A DNA stretch of 64,000 nucleotides from a virus (Duplodnaviria; Caudoviricetes), in the IMG/VR virus record IMGVR_UViG_3300025450_000002, positions 1,738 through 65,737 of that record; one strand, written 5' to 3'. The translations under genes were made by a program, and so were the position numbers. Of the stretch, positions 36,307 through 47,603 are shown in pieces. The number at the start of each line of letters is the position of its first letter. Positions within the stretch are counted from its first letter, which is position 1. The notes beneath the pieces were generated by a model that was not told where the DNA came from, ran no database searches, and saw only the letters and a program-made list of their open reading frames with translations.

Positions 36307-37152
36307 ATGAGTAATGAATTATTAGATTTAAGCGCATTGGGAGCATTGACAGTTGCAGGAGAACTTGATGAAGATACATTAGCCGTTGCTGGTGGTAAGC
36401 GTGATGGTAACAAACGTATCTCTATTAAAGGTGGAGTCTTCCGCAAGTATGCAGGTGGTAAAGAGATCGGTGCTATTGAAGACCGACACATGAATGTTAT
36501 CTTTGTAAAGATGGCACATAAAGCTTCACGGATGTTTTACGATAAAGGTTATAAAGAAGGTGAAAAGGTTAGCCCAGCTTGCTGGTCATCTGATTCAGAA
36601 GCACCTGATGCAGATGTAAAAAACCCAATCGCAAGTAGTTGTTTAAATTGTCCTAACAGTGCTAAAGGTTCTAGCGATAATGGTACAAGCGCAAAATGCA
36701 GACTATCATGGAGAACCGCTGTTGTTCTACCGAACGATCCAGCAGGCGACGTTATGCAATTAGTTTTGCCAGCAACTTCTTCATTTGGTAAAGAAGATAA
36801 TGGAAGATGGCCGTTCAGACCATACATTCAACACTTAGCGTCGCACAACGTATCAGCGGGCCGTGTTGTTACTAAGATGGCATTCGATACAAAATCTCCT
36901 ACACCAAAGGTATTGTTCTCACCAGTAGGTGCTGTACCTGAAGATGATTTGGATATAATCGCTCGTCAGTCTAAGAGTGTAGAAGCTGAGAAAGCTATCA
37001 AGTTAAACGTGTATCAGATGGATGCACCTGAAGTAGCTACTTCACCCGAAGTGGATGAAACACCAGAGCCAGTCAAACGTGAGTCAAAAGCTCCTGTCGG
37101 TGAGAAGGCTTCTGATATTTCAGACACTATTAAAAAATGGTCTAAGAAATAA
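36307..37152 (+). CDS. Putative ssDNA-binding/annealing protein
   Basis: RISIKGGVF, PACWSxD, CxxCP...C, acidic tail; replication context. Confidence 0.55.
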   Translation: MSNELLDLSALGALTVAGELDEDTLAVAGGKRDGNKRISIKGGVFRKYAGGKEIGAIEDRHMNVIFVKMAHKASRMFYDKGYKEGEKVSPACWSSDSEAPDADVKNPIASSCLNCPNSAKGSSDNGTSAKCRLSWRTAVVLPNDPAGDVMQLVLPATSSFGKEDNGRWPFRPYIQHLASHNVSAGRVVTKMAFDTKSPTPKVLFSPVGAVPEDDLDIIARQSKSVEAEKAIKLNVYQMDAPEVATSPEVDETPEPVKRESKAPVGEKASDISDTIKKWSKK

Positions 37153-37160
37153 GGATAGAA

Positions 37161-37475
37161 ATGCCACGGACATATAGCAAAGAATTTATTAAAGAGTTAG
37201 GAACACTGAAACCTTTTGACACGACAGGTATTCAGTTAGCAAAGGCGTGCATAAGGGCAAACATCCCAGCGCTGTACGTCGCTAATGCCTTAGAAGTTAC
37301 TCGTATGACAGTTCATAGTTGGTTTCGTGGCAATCCTATTCGTGATAAGAAACGCCGATTAGTAGCCGTATTTACTGAGTTGGTTGAGGAAGATTTAGAT
37401 AACGGAGTATTACCCGCTAAAAGCACTGCTCATGCAAAGAAGTATATAGAGGATATGGTCGGAAGACAAATTTAA
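37161..37475 (+). CDS. HTH (XRE/Cro-like) DNA-binding protein
   Basis: VANALEVTRMTVHSWFRG. Confidence 0.75.
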   Translation: MPRTYSKEFIKELGTLKPFDTTGIQLAKACIRANIPALYVANALEVTRMTVHSWFRGNPIRDKKRRLVAVFTELVEEDLDNGVLPAKSTAHAKKYIEDMVGRQI

Positions 37476-37488
37476 TTAGGAGAGATAT

Positions 37489-37755
37489 ATGCTTACGGAA
37501 AAACAGATTCAGTTATTAAAATCGGCAGCAAGACCAAGATACATACACGGTAAAGAAAACCCAATGTTTGGTAGGGAGAATAAATTTTTAGATGAAGTTA
37601 TAGCCCAAATTAAAGAAGAGAACCCTCAGAGTTTTTTAACTCCATCTGAGTTAAGTAAGAGAGTTTTCTTTCATAAACCTAAAGATGCCCTTAACGCAAA
37701 ACATCAGGTGAGTTACGCTAGTTATGTTACCCCGTATCTAGGTGACCGTATTTAA
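37489..37755 (+). CDS. Hypothetical protein
   Basis: 88 aa; AGGAG RBS. Confidence 0.65.
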   Translation: MLTEKQIQLLKSAARPRYIHGKENPMFGRENKFLDEVIAQIKEENPQSFLTPSELSKRVFFHKPKDALNAKHQVSYASYVTPYLGDRI

Positions 37756-37785
37756 ATAACGGGGTCATGCCCCACCCAATAACCC

Positions 37786-37807
37786 AAGCGGAGCAATCCG
37801 CTTTTTT
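37786..37807 (+). terminator. Terminator/attenuator hairpin upstream of primase-helicase
   Basis: AAGCGGA-GCAA-TCCGCTT-TTTT. Confidence 0.6.
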
Positions 37808-37820
37808 AGACTCTGCGCAT

Positions 37821-40673
37821 ATGTTAAAACAATTTTACGAGAAAGCATTGCCATCACAAGGAGTTTATTGCACTTGCGGTATAGACCCAGCAACAGGTAA
37901 AACAACAAGCCGATTTGCAGAAACACTTGATGATTTATATACGAATATTGAAATACTAAAGAAGAAAGAAATTAATGTATATGTAACACCAGCATCATAC
38001 GAAGGATGGAGTAGGAAGGCTGATAACTGTGCATTTGTTAGAACATTCTTTTTAGATATTGATACTCACGGAAAAAACTCTTATGGTTCTAAAGAAGAAA
38101 CAATAGAAGCATTAAACCACTTAATAGAAGTTACAGGTTTACCTGACCCAGTTTATATCGACTCGGGTGGTGGCATTCATGCATACTGGATTATGGATAG
38201 GGACATACCCTATGAAGAATGGAAACCTCTCGCTGAGAAGTTTAAAGAAGTATGCCAAAAGCACATCAACCTAGACCGCAGTGTAACGGCTGATGGCGCA
38301 AGGCTGATGAGATGTCCTGATACATTAAACTACAGATACGATCCACCACGCATGGCTGTTGTGACAAGCGACGCTATACACGTGTATGACCTTGATGAGT
38401 TTAAAGATTTTTTAGCGACACAAGATGTAGAGGTCCAGGGCCTAGCAAACGATGTGTTGGCAAAAGTCAAGAAGGGTTTAGACGAAGATACCCTAGCCAT
38501 GAAGAAGATGGATAACTTTGAATGGGACTTTGAGAAGTTAGCTGATCGCTCAGTGGCTGGCGATGGATGTAACCAAGTAAAGTATTGGTTAGAGAACTTA
38601 GAATCATTAGGTTACGAAGATTGGTTCTCCAGTATGAACATCGCATACTTCTGCAAAGACGGCGATAAATGGATACATGAACTATCTAAACCTCATCCTG
38701 AATACACATATGAAAATGTTGAAAAGAAACGTCTTGAATATGAAAAGCTAGGCAAGCCACAAACCTGCCAGCATTTAGAAAACCAGAACCCAGAACGGTG
38801 TAAAGGATGCAAACATTATGGAAAAATTAACACGCCGATCGTACTCGGCAAAACACTTAGAAAAGCAACAGAAGAAACTCCCATCGAAATTAATACGGCG
38901 CAATCAGTTCGGGAGACACCGAGTACCGAAACGATTCCAGTCTTCCCAGACTTCTTAAAACCTTTTTTCCGTGGTGAGAATGGTGGTGTATATCAAGAGT
39001 TACCGCCCACAAAAAGTAAGAAGGGTATTGAGTATCACCAACCTATAGAAATATTACCACAAGTATTATATCCAACACGTAGACTTTATAGTCCGCTTGA
39101 TGGCGAATGTTTATCAATGGTTTTAGTTCTACCTAACGATGGTAAAAAAGAATTCTTATTACCACTAAAAGCTGTTACTAGTTTAGAAGAATTAAAACGC
39201 ACATTATCATTTAATCAAGTAGTTCATTCACCAAAGGTGGCTACTAATATTCAAGAATACATTATTAGATGGGGTCAATATATGATTTTAATAAGCAAAG
39301 CCCAACAGATGCGTATGCAGTTTGGTTGGTCAGAAAGTCGCACTAGTGATAATTGGGATGATAGGACTTTTGTTTTTGGTAAGAATGAAGTTATATCAAC
39401 TACTGAAATTATAGAGTCGCCTGTATCACCATACATAAAACAATTAGCCGAGCATTTTAAACCAGTCGGTACTTTTGAAAAGTGGAAACAAAGCGCTCTC
39501 GAACTTAAAAGACCTGGGCTTGAACTACATGCTTTGATGTGTCTATCAGGATTCGGTTCACCACTTATGGAATTCATTAATCAAGGTGGCTTTACGATCG
39601 GTTTGTATGGTGGGTCTGGTAATGGTAAAACAGGTGCTATGTATGCAGCAATTAGTACGTTCGGCAATCCTAAAGCATTGAGCCTTTTTGATACTACAGA
39701 TAATGCTATGACTCAGCGTTTTGTGACTTTACGTAGTTTAGTGTTTGGGATGGATGAAGTAACTAATAAAGATCCAGCAGTTGTATCTCAACTTATTCAT
39801 AAGATATCGCAGGGTACAGCTAGAATCAGGATGCAAGCTTCAAGTAATGCTGAAAGAGAACATTCACTAGGCGCATCTTTGATTGGTATTCTTACTACTA
39901 ACGACTCTCTTGAAGGCAAACTTGAGAAGCATAGATCAACTCCGCATGGTGAACGTGCTAGATATGCAGAGCTTTACATAGAGCAACCAGATATTCTTAA
40001 AGGTCCTGAAGGTGATGCATTAGGAAGAAAGATATTTGATCCTTTTAGATTTAATTATGGTCATGCAGGCCCTATGTTTATCAAAGAACTATTCAAGTTT
40101 AGTACCAATCAGATTATGGATAAGCTGGAAAAATGGGGTGAGCGTTACACAAATGATACGCAGAATGATGCATCTTATCGTTACTATAAAAACTTTATAA
40201 TGTGTACGTTTACTGCCGCTGAGATTGTAGTTGATTCAGGCATCCTTGATTATGATATAGAACATATTTATAAGAAGACGATTGATACATTAAATTATAT
40301 GAAACAAAACGTATCTAAAATTAATGTCACAGACTATTCAGCTATACTTACGGACTTTATTTATGAAAACATGGGTAACATCTTACGTATTAGAGATGGT
40401 AAAGTTGTTGATGAACCCCGTGGTAGGTTAGTTGCAAGGGTATCAACCGATGAGCCTACACGTATATCTAAAGAAGTGTTTAAAGATTATTTGAACAAAC
40501 GCAATTTATCTACTAGGGAATTTGAAAAGGTAATGAAAGAGCAGGGCATACTTATTAAGGTGGATAGAAAGCATTTGGAAACTGGGTGGAAACCAACTAC
40601 CAACTCTCAGGCATCTTATGTGTACATTATTAAAAATGATTTTCTAGATGATAAACCCGAATCAAATAATTGA
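37821..40673 (+). CDS. Primase-helicase (AEP/RepB-like primase, Cys cluster, DUF927-like ATPase)
   Basis: FLDID, DSGGGIHAYW, RxPxTxN; TC...CxGC; Walker A GGSGNGKT, MDE. Confidence 0.85.
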   Translation: MLKQFYEKALPSQGVYCTCGIDPATGKTTSRFAETLDDLYTNIEILKKKEINVYVTPASYEGWSRKADNCAFVRTFFLDIDTHGKNSYGSKEETIEALNHLIEVTGLPDPVYIDSGGGIHAYWIMDRDIPYEEWKPLAEKFKEVCQKHINLDRSVTADGARLMRCPDTLNYRYDPPRMAVVTSDAIHVYDLDEFKDFLATQDVEVQGLANDVLAKVKKGLDEDTLAMKKMDNFEWDFEKLADRSVAGDGCNQVKYWLENLESLGYEDWFSSMNIAYFCKDGDKWIHELSKPHPEYTYENVEKKRLEYEKLGKPQTCQHLENQNPERCKGCKHYGKINTPIVLGKTLRKATEETPIEINTAQSVRETPSTETIPVFPDFLKPFFRGENGGVYQELPPTKSKKGIEYHQPIEILPQVLYPTRRLYSPLDGECLSMVLVLPNDGKKEFLLPLKAVTSLEELKRTLSFNQVVHSPKVATNIQEYIIRWGQYMILISKAQQMRMQFGWSESRTSDNWDDRTFVFGKNEVISTTEIIESPVSPYIKQLAEHFKPVGTFEKWKQSALELKRPGLELHALMCLSGFGSPLMEFINQGGFTIGLYGGSGNGKTGAMYAAISTFGNPKALSLFDTTDNAMTQRFVTLRSLVFGMDEVTNKDPAVVSQLIHKISQGTARIRMQASSNAEREHSLGASLIGILTTNDSLEGKLEKHRSTPHGERARYAELYIEQPDILKGPEGDALGRKIFDPFRFNYGHAGPMFIKELFKFSTNQIMDKLEKWGERYTNDTQNDASYRYYKNFIMCTFTAAEIVVDSGILDYDIEHIYKKTIDTLNYMKQNVSKINVTDYSAILTDFIYENMGNILRIRDGKVVDEPRGRLVARVSTDEPTRISKEVFKDYLNKRNLSTREFEKVMKEQGILIKVDRKHLETGWKPTTNSQASYVYIIKNDFLDDKPESNN

Positions 40674-40857
40674 ACCTGAATGGTTATTGCCGTTTGAAGG
40701 CATGGGGATTGGGGATAGTTTCTTTATTCCTACCCTGCGCCCAGCGGAACTAATTTATTCCATTGACTGCGGCGCAAAGCGTGCTGGTGTTAGAGTGAAG
40801 TCATATGTTGCAGAAAAGGAAGGCTACATAGGCGTACGTTGTTGGCGTACTGCTTAG
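40648..40857 (+). CDS. Small conserved DNA-binding-like protein at end of replication operon
   Basis: PFxxMxxGDSFFIP...GVRCWR. Confidence 0.7.
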   Translation: MINPNQIIEPEWLLPFEGMGIGDSFFIPTLRPAELIYSIDCGAKRAGVRVKSYVAEKEGYIGVRCWRTA

Positions 40858-43800
40858 CGTGGTCTTTCCATACCATAAGCTTCAAACATATTCATCATCT
40901 GATACTTAACTAAGTTTTGTTGGTATTGATTAATCTTTAACAACTCGCTTTTCATAGCTGGATCATAAGATTGATTCTCTCTGATCTTGTTTGCATCTGA
41001 CCTTAACTTATTTAAATTCTGATTGATAGCTTTGTTATAGTAATTAACGACTAGTTCATCCATCGGTCTTTCAGCTCTAAATCTAGCCATCTGATATGGG
41101 TCAGTCTTAAACTCATTGATAACACGTTGTTTTTCTTTTATCTCAGTTTCCATTTTAGCGAATTGACGGCTATCAACACTAGACTTAGAACCAAAGAATG
41201 AACCAAATAACGGCACATCATTTTTAACATTAAATTCTTTTTTGCCATCGGCTAATTGAGACATGCCATATGCTAGTTCTCCAATACGTGTAACACCATC
41301 AGCATAGCTGTTAGCGAAGAAGTATAAAGAATTAGGACTTATATCAAGTTCACCTAAACTTTCATTAGCCATCCACACCGCTAAGTCTTTCCATACTTGT
41401 GGTACTTTATCTCCACCAACATAAGCATCGCCCATCTTACGATTTGAGTCATTATAAATACTTTGACCAAGACCATTCTTATTCATAACAAACTCAACTA
41501 ATGGACGAACAGTGCTTGGCATCATTGAGTCAACAGCAAATGCTAGTGGGTCTTCTACAGCATTCATACGTGATACTGGAATAGGTACAAATGAATCTAA
41601 AGAGATACCTAAGAATATATTAGACAACGCACTCTTTAGTGACTGGGATCCAGAAAGTACTGAAGCAAACTGTGCGCCAGCCGCAGCGAACGCACCGAGT
41701 CCAAAGCCCCAAGGAATCTGTATAGGTGTTCTATCTTCACTTAACCAGCGTGGTAAATGGAAACGAGCAAATCTAGTCCACTGATCCATGTTGTCGTTTA
41801 GTACATCATTACGACCCATATCATCGTCGTCTGCCGCAAGTGCTGCCATAGCGTATGCTGTCATACCCATACCTATTAATACACCTACCATTTTTTGCGC
41901 GTTTCTTTTTTTAACCATGTAATTACGTTTAAAAGTTTCTTGTGCTTCTGTATTTTCAGCTAGTCCAGATACAGTACCGATTGCATCTTTTAATGCGCTA
42001 TCCACACTTCTAAATGCTGGAGCAACTGCTTCTATAGCACGCACAGCGCCAGTAGCAGATGGGCGGAAGAACATATAGAACGCACCCATAGCTTTACCCC
42101 ATTCACCGACCTGTTCAAAGTTTGCAAGGTTTTTAGCGAAAGCGGCAGCACGTGTTTTAGCAGCCTCTTCAGTCATATTTTGAGTCATGTAATTACTTTT
42201 CATTAACCCATATGCTGCGGCACGGCTAGACAATTCAAACATATTGTTATATATGTCCATAAACTTATCTAGTTGTTCTTTGCTTTTTACTATTCTTGAC
42301 TTACCTAATTCTTTATCTAATGAATCCCAGTTAGACTTTAAGCTAATGCCTTCTAGATATGAAGTCTGTCCACCTTCTCTTATGAACTCAAGCATATTTT
42401 TAATTAGTGGATCTTTATCAGCGTACGCTTCCAACTCTTTGAATCTACCTTTTTCTATCATGTAAGAAACTTTTGCTGCTTTACTTAAACCACCTTTAGC
42501 TACTTGTGCGCTAATCTGTCCTATGAGTTTGGCGGATGCAACTGGACCAAGTTCAGCACCAATAGCCCAAGCGTTAGTTAAAGTATCACGTACATAGTTT
42601 AATGGTGCAAAGTTGTAGTTATAACGGGTATGTAATTGACCAAAGAAACTAGTAATATTATTAGCCCAATCAGTTAGAGTACTTGTTTGCTGATAGGTAC
42701 GACGTAAACTATCTAGCATAGCCTTATCATTAATTTCTAAAACATATATGCCACCATTATCATCGTAATGAAGAATAGTTTTTTCTTTAGGTATTTTATT
42801 TAATCTATCAGTATCACGTTCATTAAATGCTATATAGTCTTTTACCACACCAGCAATTACACCTTGTCCGTTAGGATTGTATTTACCTTTTGCTAAAAGA
42901 TTTTTAATTGATAGGGTTAATCCTTTACGACCTGCACGGGTAGATGCACGTATAGCCTCAGACATGGTTTGTAAAACTGGATTATCTGAAACAGTAAAAC
43001 GACCATCAAACCCATATTCTTTATCTTGCAAGTCTTTACCTAGACGTTTACTATTGCCAACATCTAAGTCTTCATCTACCTGACTGTGTTCATTAAATTT
43101 GCTTTTACCTCTAAACGGCGCATAGTTATCGTAGTTATAAAAGTTAACTCTATTGTCTACATAATCAGACCAATAGTCAGCTTCTTTATTAAGCATTTTT
43201 GTTACGTCATTTAATTCTTTTAAGTTAGCAAGAATGCTATCTAGTATTGGTTTTAAGTTAGCATTCTCTTGATATGCTTTTATACGTGAAGCAAGAATAT
43301 TTCTATCCACACCAAGTACGTTGTATCTTTCATGATTGATATTTAATAAGTCTTTATTACCTTGCTGCCCTTTAGATAATAAGCTACTAAATTCAGATGC
43401 ATACCTAGATGCAATGGTATCTAATTCTTTACGTAAAGCTGTTGCTTGATCTTTAGTTAAGCGTTTAGTGTCAAGTAATTTTACTATTTGGTTACGTCTT
43501 TCAGCTGGGCTTAGTGTATTGTTATTTAAAACTTTTTTATCACTAAGTGGTACAGTTAAAATATATTTAACCATGCGGCGCTCACCTTCGTGCAAGGCTT
43601 CTAGCAATTTATGGACTGTACTTAAAGCACCATCAGTATCAGAATTCATAGCCTTAGCCAACTTTGCAATACCTTTTTCTAGGCGTTCACGTGGCGCAGC
43701 AACATATCTACTAAATAAATTTTTAGCTCTAGTATTAGAAAGGGTTATAAATGTCCAAGGAGTATTTATCTTGTCATCATTTTCCCAGTTAACCATCTCT

Positions 43801-46800
43801 GCAAGTTCCATATTGTTTTGCAAAGCTTTAGCGTTATAACTTCTGTTTTGAAATAATGTAGCCATTTTTCTTCTACCAGGATCAGTAGTAAAGAATTTAG
43901 TTATGCTGCTAATCTTTTTTGGTTTTTGTTTAGCTGGTACTGAATAAGGATCATTTTCTTCAGTGGTAAATAAATCGCCTTCTTTACCATGAAGTTTTTC
44001 TTCTGTCTTAAGTTTGGTAACTTTTGGTTTACCAGCAGCGCCTTGTTTAGCGGCAGCTAGAGGAGCAACTTCAATGCCAGCTTCTGGTGCTTCAAGAATG
44101 TCGCCTAGTATTTCTGATACTTCTAATAATAGATTACCTTCATAACCTGGCTGCATGCTATAAAACATTTTTCCAGGTTTATATTTTTGTTTAGCTTCTT
44201 TAACTGGTGTTTCAACACCGAACTTCATTTCTCCTACATCTGTTGTAGTAATACCTTCTTCATCAGTTTCTTCATAAAGACCTTCTTTATCCATAGGAGT
44301 TAAACTCTTAGATATTGCTTCAAATAATTCTGGTCTTAATTGAGTCTTTGTAGGTCCAGCGTTAACTAAACTATACAATTTAGCGAATGCTTGAGTTATG
44401 TTATCCCATACATTTTTTACTATGCCAACAGTATATTTAGCAAGAAGGCGTACTTGTGTATTAGCAAGTTCATTTTGAAATTTACTATCAGTCATAGCAT
44501 AAGTTACAAACTCGTAAAGATTTTCAAATGCATTACGATACTTGCCGCCAAGCTTCTTTTTAGAAAAATCAAAAATCTTTTGTAAGTGTTCTAATGCTTC
44601 ACGCTGATTCTGAGATAAAGAACTAGGGTCAGTCAAAAATTTATTAATTAATTTAACAGTACCGGCGTGAGTAATTTCATGAAGTACAGTCGATTCATCA
44701 AATCCATTTTTAGTAAAATAAAATGTATCAGTCTTAGGATCATATTCAGCTAATTTGCCTTCACGTTCTAATCGCTGGATAATTTCATTATTTGTGTCTG
44801 TAACTACTTTAGAATTAAAAGTAATTTCGCTTAGCGCTCTCGCTAAAAATCTATTAACAAATTTGGTAAGTTTAGATTGGCGTTCTATTAAACTTCTAAC
44901 AGCCGCTTTACCTTCATCAAGCTCGCCTCTTTCTAAAGTTATATTTTTACCTTCAGCACTATTTATTAAACCTAATAAAGCACCATTAATATTGCTATTT
45001 TCTAATGCAGTGCGTACTTCATTAGATACTTGTTTACCTTTACCTTGAGCAGATTCTTCAGTAGCTTTTTCTTTAGCAATACGTTCTTGTGCAGCAGCAT
45101 GTGTAGCTTCACTAGTTTGACGCGTTTTTAATTGTTCAATACCAGCACGAGTTACACCGCGTATTCCTTTACCTTCTTTTTCTAGTTGTTCAGCAACTGC
45201 AGTAAATCCGGCATTTTGTTCTGCGACTGTATTATTTTTAACTGAACCCATGTAGGCATTTTTAGCTTCAGAAGATAACCCACCCCATGCAGGTAGGTCT
45301 ATACCTAATTCACGTTGATACGCTTTACGGCTATCTTCATAACCGTTAATAACTTTTTGTTGTCCAGTAGATACAGCGCCTTCACCTGTATCACTTTTTT
45401 GTTCTATATAATTAGCTAATGCTTTAGCTGCGTTATCAAAAGCACTAGCCGCTGGGATAACTGTAGGAGCTTGTTGCCTATATTCTTTTTTAATTGCTTC
45501 TAATTCTTCTTTAGATTTTATGTCTGCTAATGATTTACCTTGCGCTGCAAGATATTGTTCAATGCCTTGTCCAGTTTCACCAGTTTTTAATTCACTTAAA
45601 TATTTATCTTTTTCATCAGCTGTCAAGTCTTCCCATGCTGGTATTTGCACGCCTTTTTCAGTTAAAGCTTGGCGCGATAATTCATACTCGTCTCTTAACT
45701 CAGCATCAGTTTTAGTTTGAGGAATAGTTTTACCAGCTATTTCTTGTAAGTCAGCTTGACGTTGTGCTTCTATAGCAGCTTTTTCTTGTTGATCTTTTTC
45801 AAATGCCGTTTGCAGTTGAGCAGTTTGTTGCTGAGAAGTTTGTTGTATAGCAGCTTGTCGCTGCGCTATCTGTTCTGGTGTAGGCGGTATTTGTACAGCG
45901 CTTTGTTGATCTAATGGATTGAGCTGTGTCGTTTCTCCAGCTCCAGGCTGGACTTCAGTAATATTAGGTCCGCCCAGTCCTCCCTGCTGATCTCCTTTAA
46001 CTGTGGTGGGGTTGTTATTTGTCTCCACTCCGCTAGATATTGTAGTGCTAGTTCTATCTGTTCCAGTGTCAGTTGTTCCAACATCTTTACCTCCTAATTT
46101 TGCTAGATGATCTTTAATCATTTGTACGCCATTAGCATTTGTAGTGCCAATAGGTATAGTTAATCCTAACGCTTTTGCTATTTTTCTATATTCAGATTGT
46201 TTAATTTTTTCGCCACCATCTATACCAGCAATATACTGATTAGCTGCTTCTATAGCATCTTGGGGGGTTACTTGTGTTACTGAATCCGGTATTAAATTTT
46301 CATCTTCTTTTTTAGCAATGTTCTGAACAACAGAAGCGGACTCAGCTAATGCTTCACCTTTTTCATCTGTAGAGGCATTTAACATTGCAGCTTCTTCAGG
46401 TGTTAGCGTATCTACTTTCTTTTCAATATTTTTATCTAAGCCAGTAAACGAGTCTTTGCCGCTAGCTTCATTACCAGGCGATGTTTCATGAGCACTATTC
46501 ATAAAGGTACGTACACCACCCATACCACCAGGTACTATAGACATAGCAAAAGACGCACCAGCAGTATTGATGTAATCTTTTAAAGCTTCTGCATCTGTTA
46601 AAGATAGACTAGCGCCATAGCGCTCTGCCATAGTTTGGATTTCTTCTGGTAATAATTCTTTAGCGCCAGTAGTTCCGATCGCTTTTGCTACGTCGTAGAA
46701 TAGTTTTCCAGTTGACTCTTGGCTTAAACCTTTTAAGTTAAGTCCTTTAGCACCTTGTAATAAAAACTTCTCAGCAGCAAAGTCAGCTATTGAGTGTATA

Positions 46801-47600
46801 GCAGCTGCTGGTAATACTCTACCTAAATCTAAATCTTCAGCTGTTTTACCTTGTCTTTCTAATTCACCTAAGGCTCTGTTTGTAGTTTCGCCAGCGCCAT
46901 GCATAATAGCTTGTCCACCAAGACCTGCTTGTACGCCCATAGTTTTAAGAGTAGATTTTGCTTCTTTTTTAATTAATTCTTCAGCTTTATCTTTAGCGCC
47001 TTCTTTAATTAATGCTTCGGCTTGCTCTTTGATTCCTTTTTTAATTAATGTTTTAGCAAGCATACCTTCTAAAGCGCCAGGTACTGCGCCAACACCCATT
47101 CCAGTTACTGCACCTACACCAGCACCAATACCAGTAAACGCAGCAGTCTCAGCTAAATTACCTAGGCCAGAACCAATTTGATATGGAAGCCAATCAGTTA
47201 ATACAGAACCAATACCTTTGTTCCAAGCTTCAGTAAGTTCATCCGATGGTTTAACTCTTTGTTGAGCTTCAGCTTCGTGCATTCCTTGCACACCGCTTTC
47301 CATCATTTCTTTATTACCTAAAGTCTTTCCAGCTAATACTTTTGCAGCATTATATGTGCTTTTAATTCCGGGTAACGTGTTTGAAATACCACGCATAAAA
47401 TCACTAGATGTATCATCTTCTGATAGTACTTGCGGACCAGTAGGTGCAGATTTTACTTGCTGTGGAGTATGCCCAATTTTTTTACTAAAGTCTTCAAAAG
47501 GTATATCAGAATAATGTTTTTCATGTAACCCTTTAACTAGGTCGTTATCTGACATATCATCATATTGAGGATACTGTTGTCTAAACTCTTGTAAGTTCAT
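40854..47600 (-). CDS. Large internal virion/ejection (polyvalent) protein with zincin motif and LPD38-like C-terminus
   Basis: 2248 aa; TVLHEITH...EFV; IQIPWGFGLG region; last gene of ejection cluster. Confidence 0.75.
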   Translation of the reverse strand: MNLQEFRQQYPQYDDMSDNDLVKGLHEKHYSDIPFEDFSKKIGHTPQQVKSAPTGPQVLSEDDTSSDFMRGISNTLPGIKSTYNAAKVLAGKTLGNKEMMESGVQGMHEAEAQQRVKPSDELTEAWNKGIGSVLTDWLPYQIGSGLGNLAETAAFTGIGAGVGAVTGMGVGAVPGALEGMLAKTLIKKGIKEQAEALIKEGAKDKAEELIKKEAKSTLKTMGVQAGLGGQAIMHGAGETTNRALGELERQGKTAEDLDLGRVLPAAAIHSIADFAAEKFLLQGAKGLNLKGLSQESTGKLFYDVAKAIGTTGAKELLPEEIQTMAERYGASLSLTDAEALKDYINTAGASFAMSIVPGGMGGVRTFMNSAHETSPGNEASGKDSFTGLDKNIEKKVDTLTPEEAAMLNASTDEKGEALAESASVVQNIAKKEDENLIPDSVTQVTPQDAIEAANQYIAGIDGGEKIKQSEYRKIAKALGLTIPIGTTNANGVQMIKDHLAKLGGKDVGTTDTGTDRTSTTISSGVETNNNPTTVKGDQQGGLGGPNITEVQPGAGETTQLNPLDQQSAVQIPPTPEQIAQRQAAIQQTSQQQTAQLQTAFEKDQQEKAAIEAQRQADLQEIAGKTIPQTKTDAELRDEYELSRQALTEKGVQIPAWEDLTADEKDKYLSELKTGETGQGIEQYLAAQGKSLADIKSKEELEAIKKEYRQQAPTVIPAASAFDNAAKALANYIEQKSDTGEGAVSTGQQKVINGYEDSRKAYQRELGIDLPAWGGLSSEAKNAYMGSVKNNTVAEQNAGFTAVAEQLEKEGKGIRGVTRAGIEQLKTRQTSEATHAAAQERIAKEKATEESAQGKGKQVSNEVRTALENSNINGALLGLINSAEGKNITLERGELDEGKAAVRSLIERQSKLTKFVNRFLARALSEITFNSKVVTDTNNEIIQRLEREGKLAEYDPKTDTFYFTKNGFDESTVLHEITHAGTVKLINKFLTDPSSLSQNQREALEHLQKIFDFSKKKLGGKYRNAFENLYEFVTYAMTDSKFQNELANTQVRLLAKYTVGIVKNVWDNITQAFAKLYSLVNAGPTKTQLRPELFEAISKSLTPMDKEGLYEETDEEGITTTDVGEMKFGVETPVKEAKQKYKPGKMFYSMQPGYEGNLLLEVSEILGDILEAPEAGIEVAPLAAAKQGAAGKPKVTKLKTEEKLHGKEGDLFTTEENDPYSVPAKQKPKKISSITKFFTTDPGRRKMATLFQNRSYNAKALQNNMELAEMVNWENDDKINTPWTFITLSNTRAKNLFSRYVAAPRERLEKGIAKLAKAMNSDTDGALSTVHKLLEALHEGERRMVKYILTVPLSDKKVLNNNTLSPAERRNQIVKLLDTKRLTKDQATALRKELDTIASRYASEFSSLLSKGQQGNKDLLNINHERYNVLGVDRNILASRIKAYQENANLKPILDSILANLKELNDVTKMLNKEADYWSDYVDNRVNFYNYDNYAPFRGKSKFNEHSQVDEDLDVGNSKRLGKDLQDKEYGFDGRFTVSDNPVLQTMSEAIRASTRAGRKGLTLSIKNLLAKGKYNPNGQGVIAGVVKDYIAFNERDTDRLNKIPKEKTILHYDDNGGIYVLEINDKAMLDSLRRTYQQTSTLTDWANNITSFFGQLHTRYNYNFAPLNYVRDTLTNAWAIGAELGPVASAKLIGQISAQVAKGGLSKAAKVSYMIEKGRFKELEAYADKDPLIKNMLEFIREGGQTSYLEGISLKSNWDSLDKELGKSRIVKSKEQLDKFMDIYNNMFELSSRAAAYGLMKSNYMTQNMTEEAAKTRAAAFAKNLANFEQVGEWGKAMGAFYMFFRPSATGAVRAIEAVAPAFRSVDSALKDAIGTVSGLAENTEAQETFKRNYMVKKRNAQKMVGVLIGMGMTAYAMAALAADDDDMGRNDVLNDNMDQWTRFARFHLPRWLSEDRTPIQIPWGFGLGAFAAAGAQFASVLSGSQSLKSALSNIFLGISLDSFVPIPVSRMNAVEDPLAFAVDSMMPSTVRPLVEFVMNKNGLGQSIYNDSNRKMGDAYVGGDKVPQVWKDLAVWMANESLGELDISPNSLYFFANSYADGVTRIGELAYGMSQLADGKKEFNVKNDVPLFGSFFGSKSSVDSRQFAKMETEIKEKQRVINEFKTDPYQMARFRAERPMDELVVNYYNKAINQNLNKLRSDANKIRENQSYDPAMKSELLKINQYQQNLVKYQMMNMFEAYGMERPR

Positions 47601-47603
47601 GAC

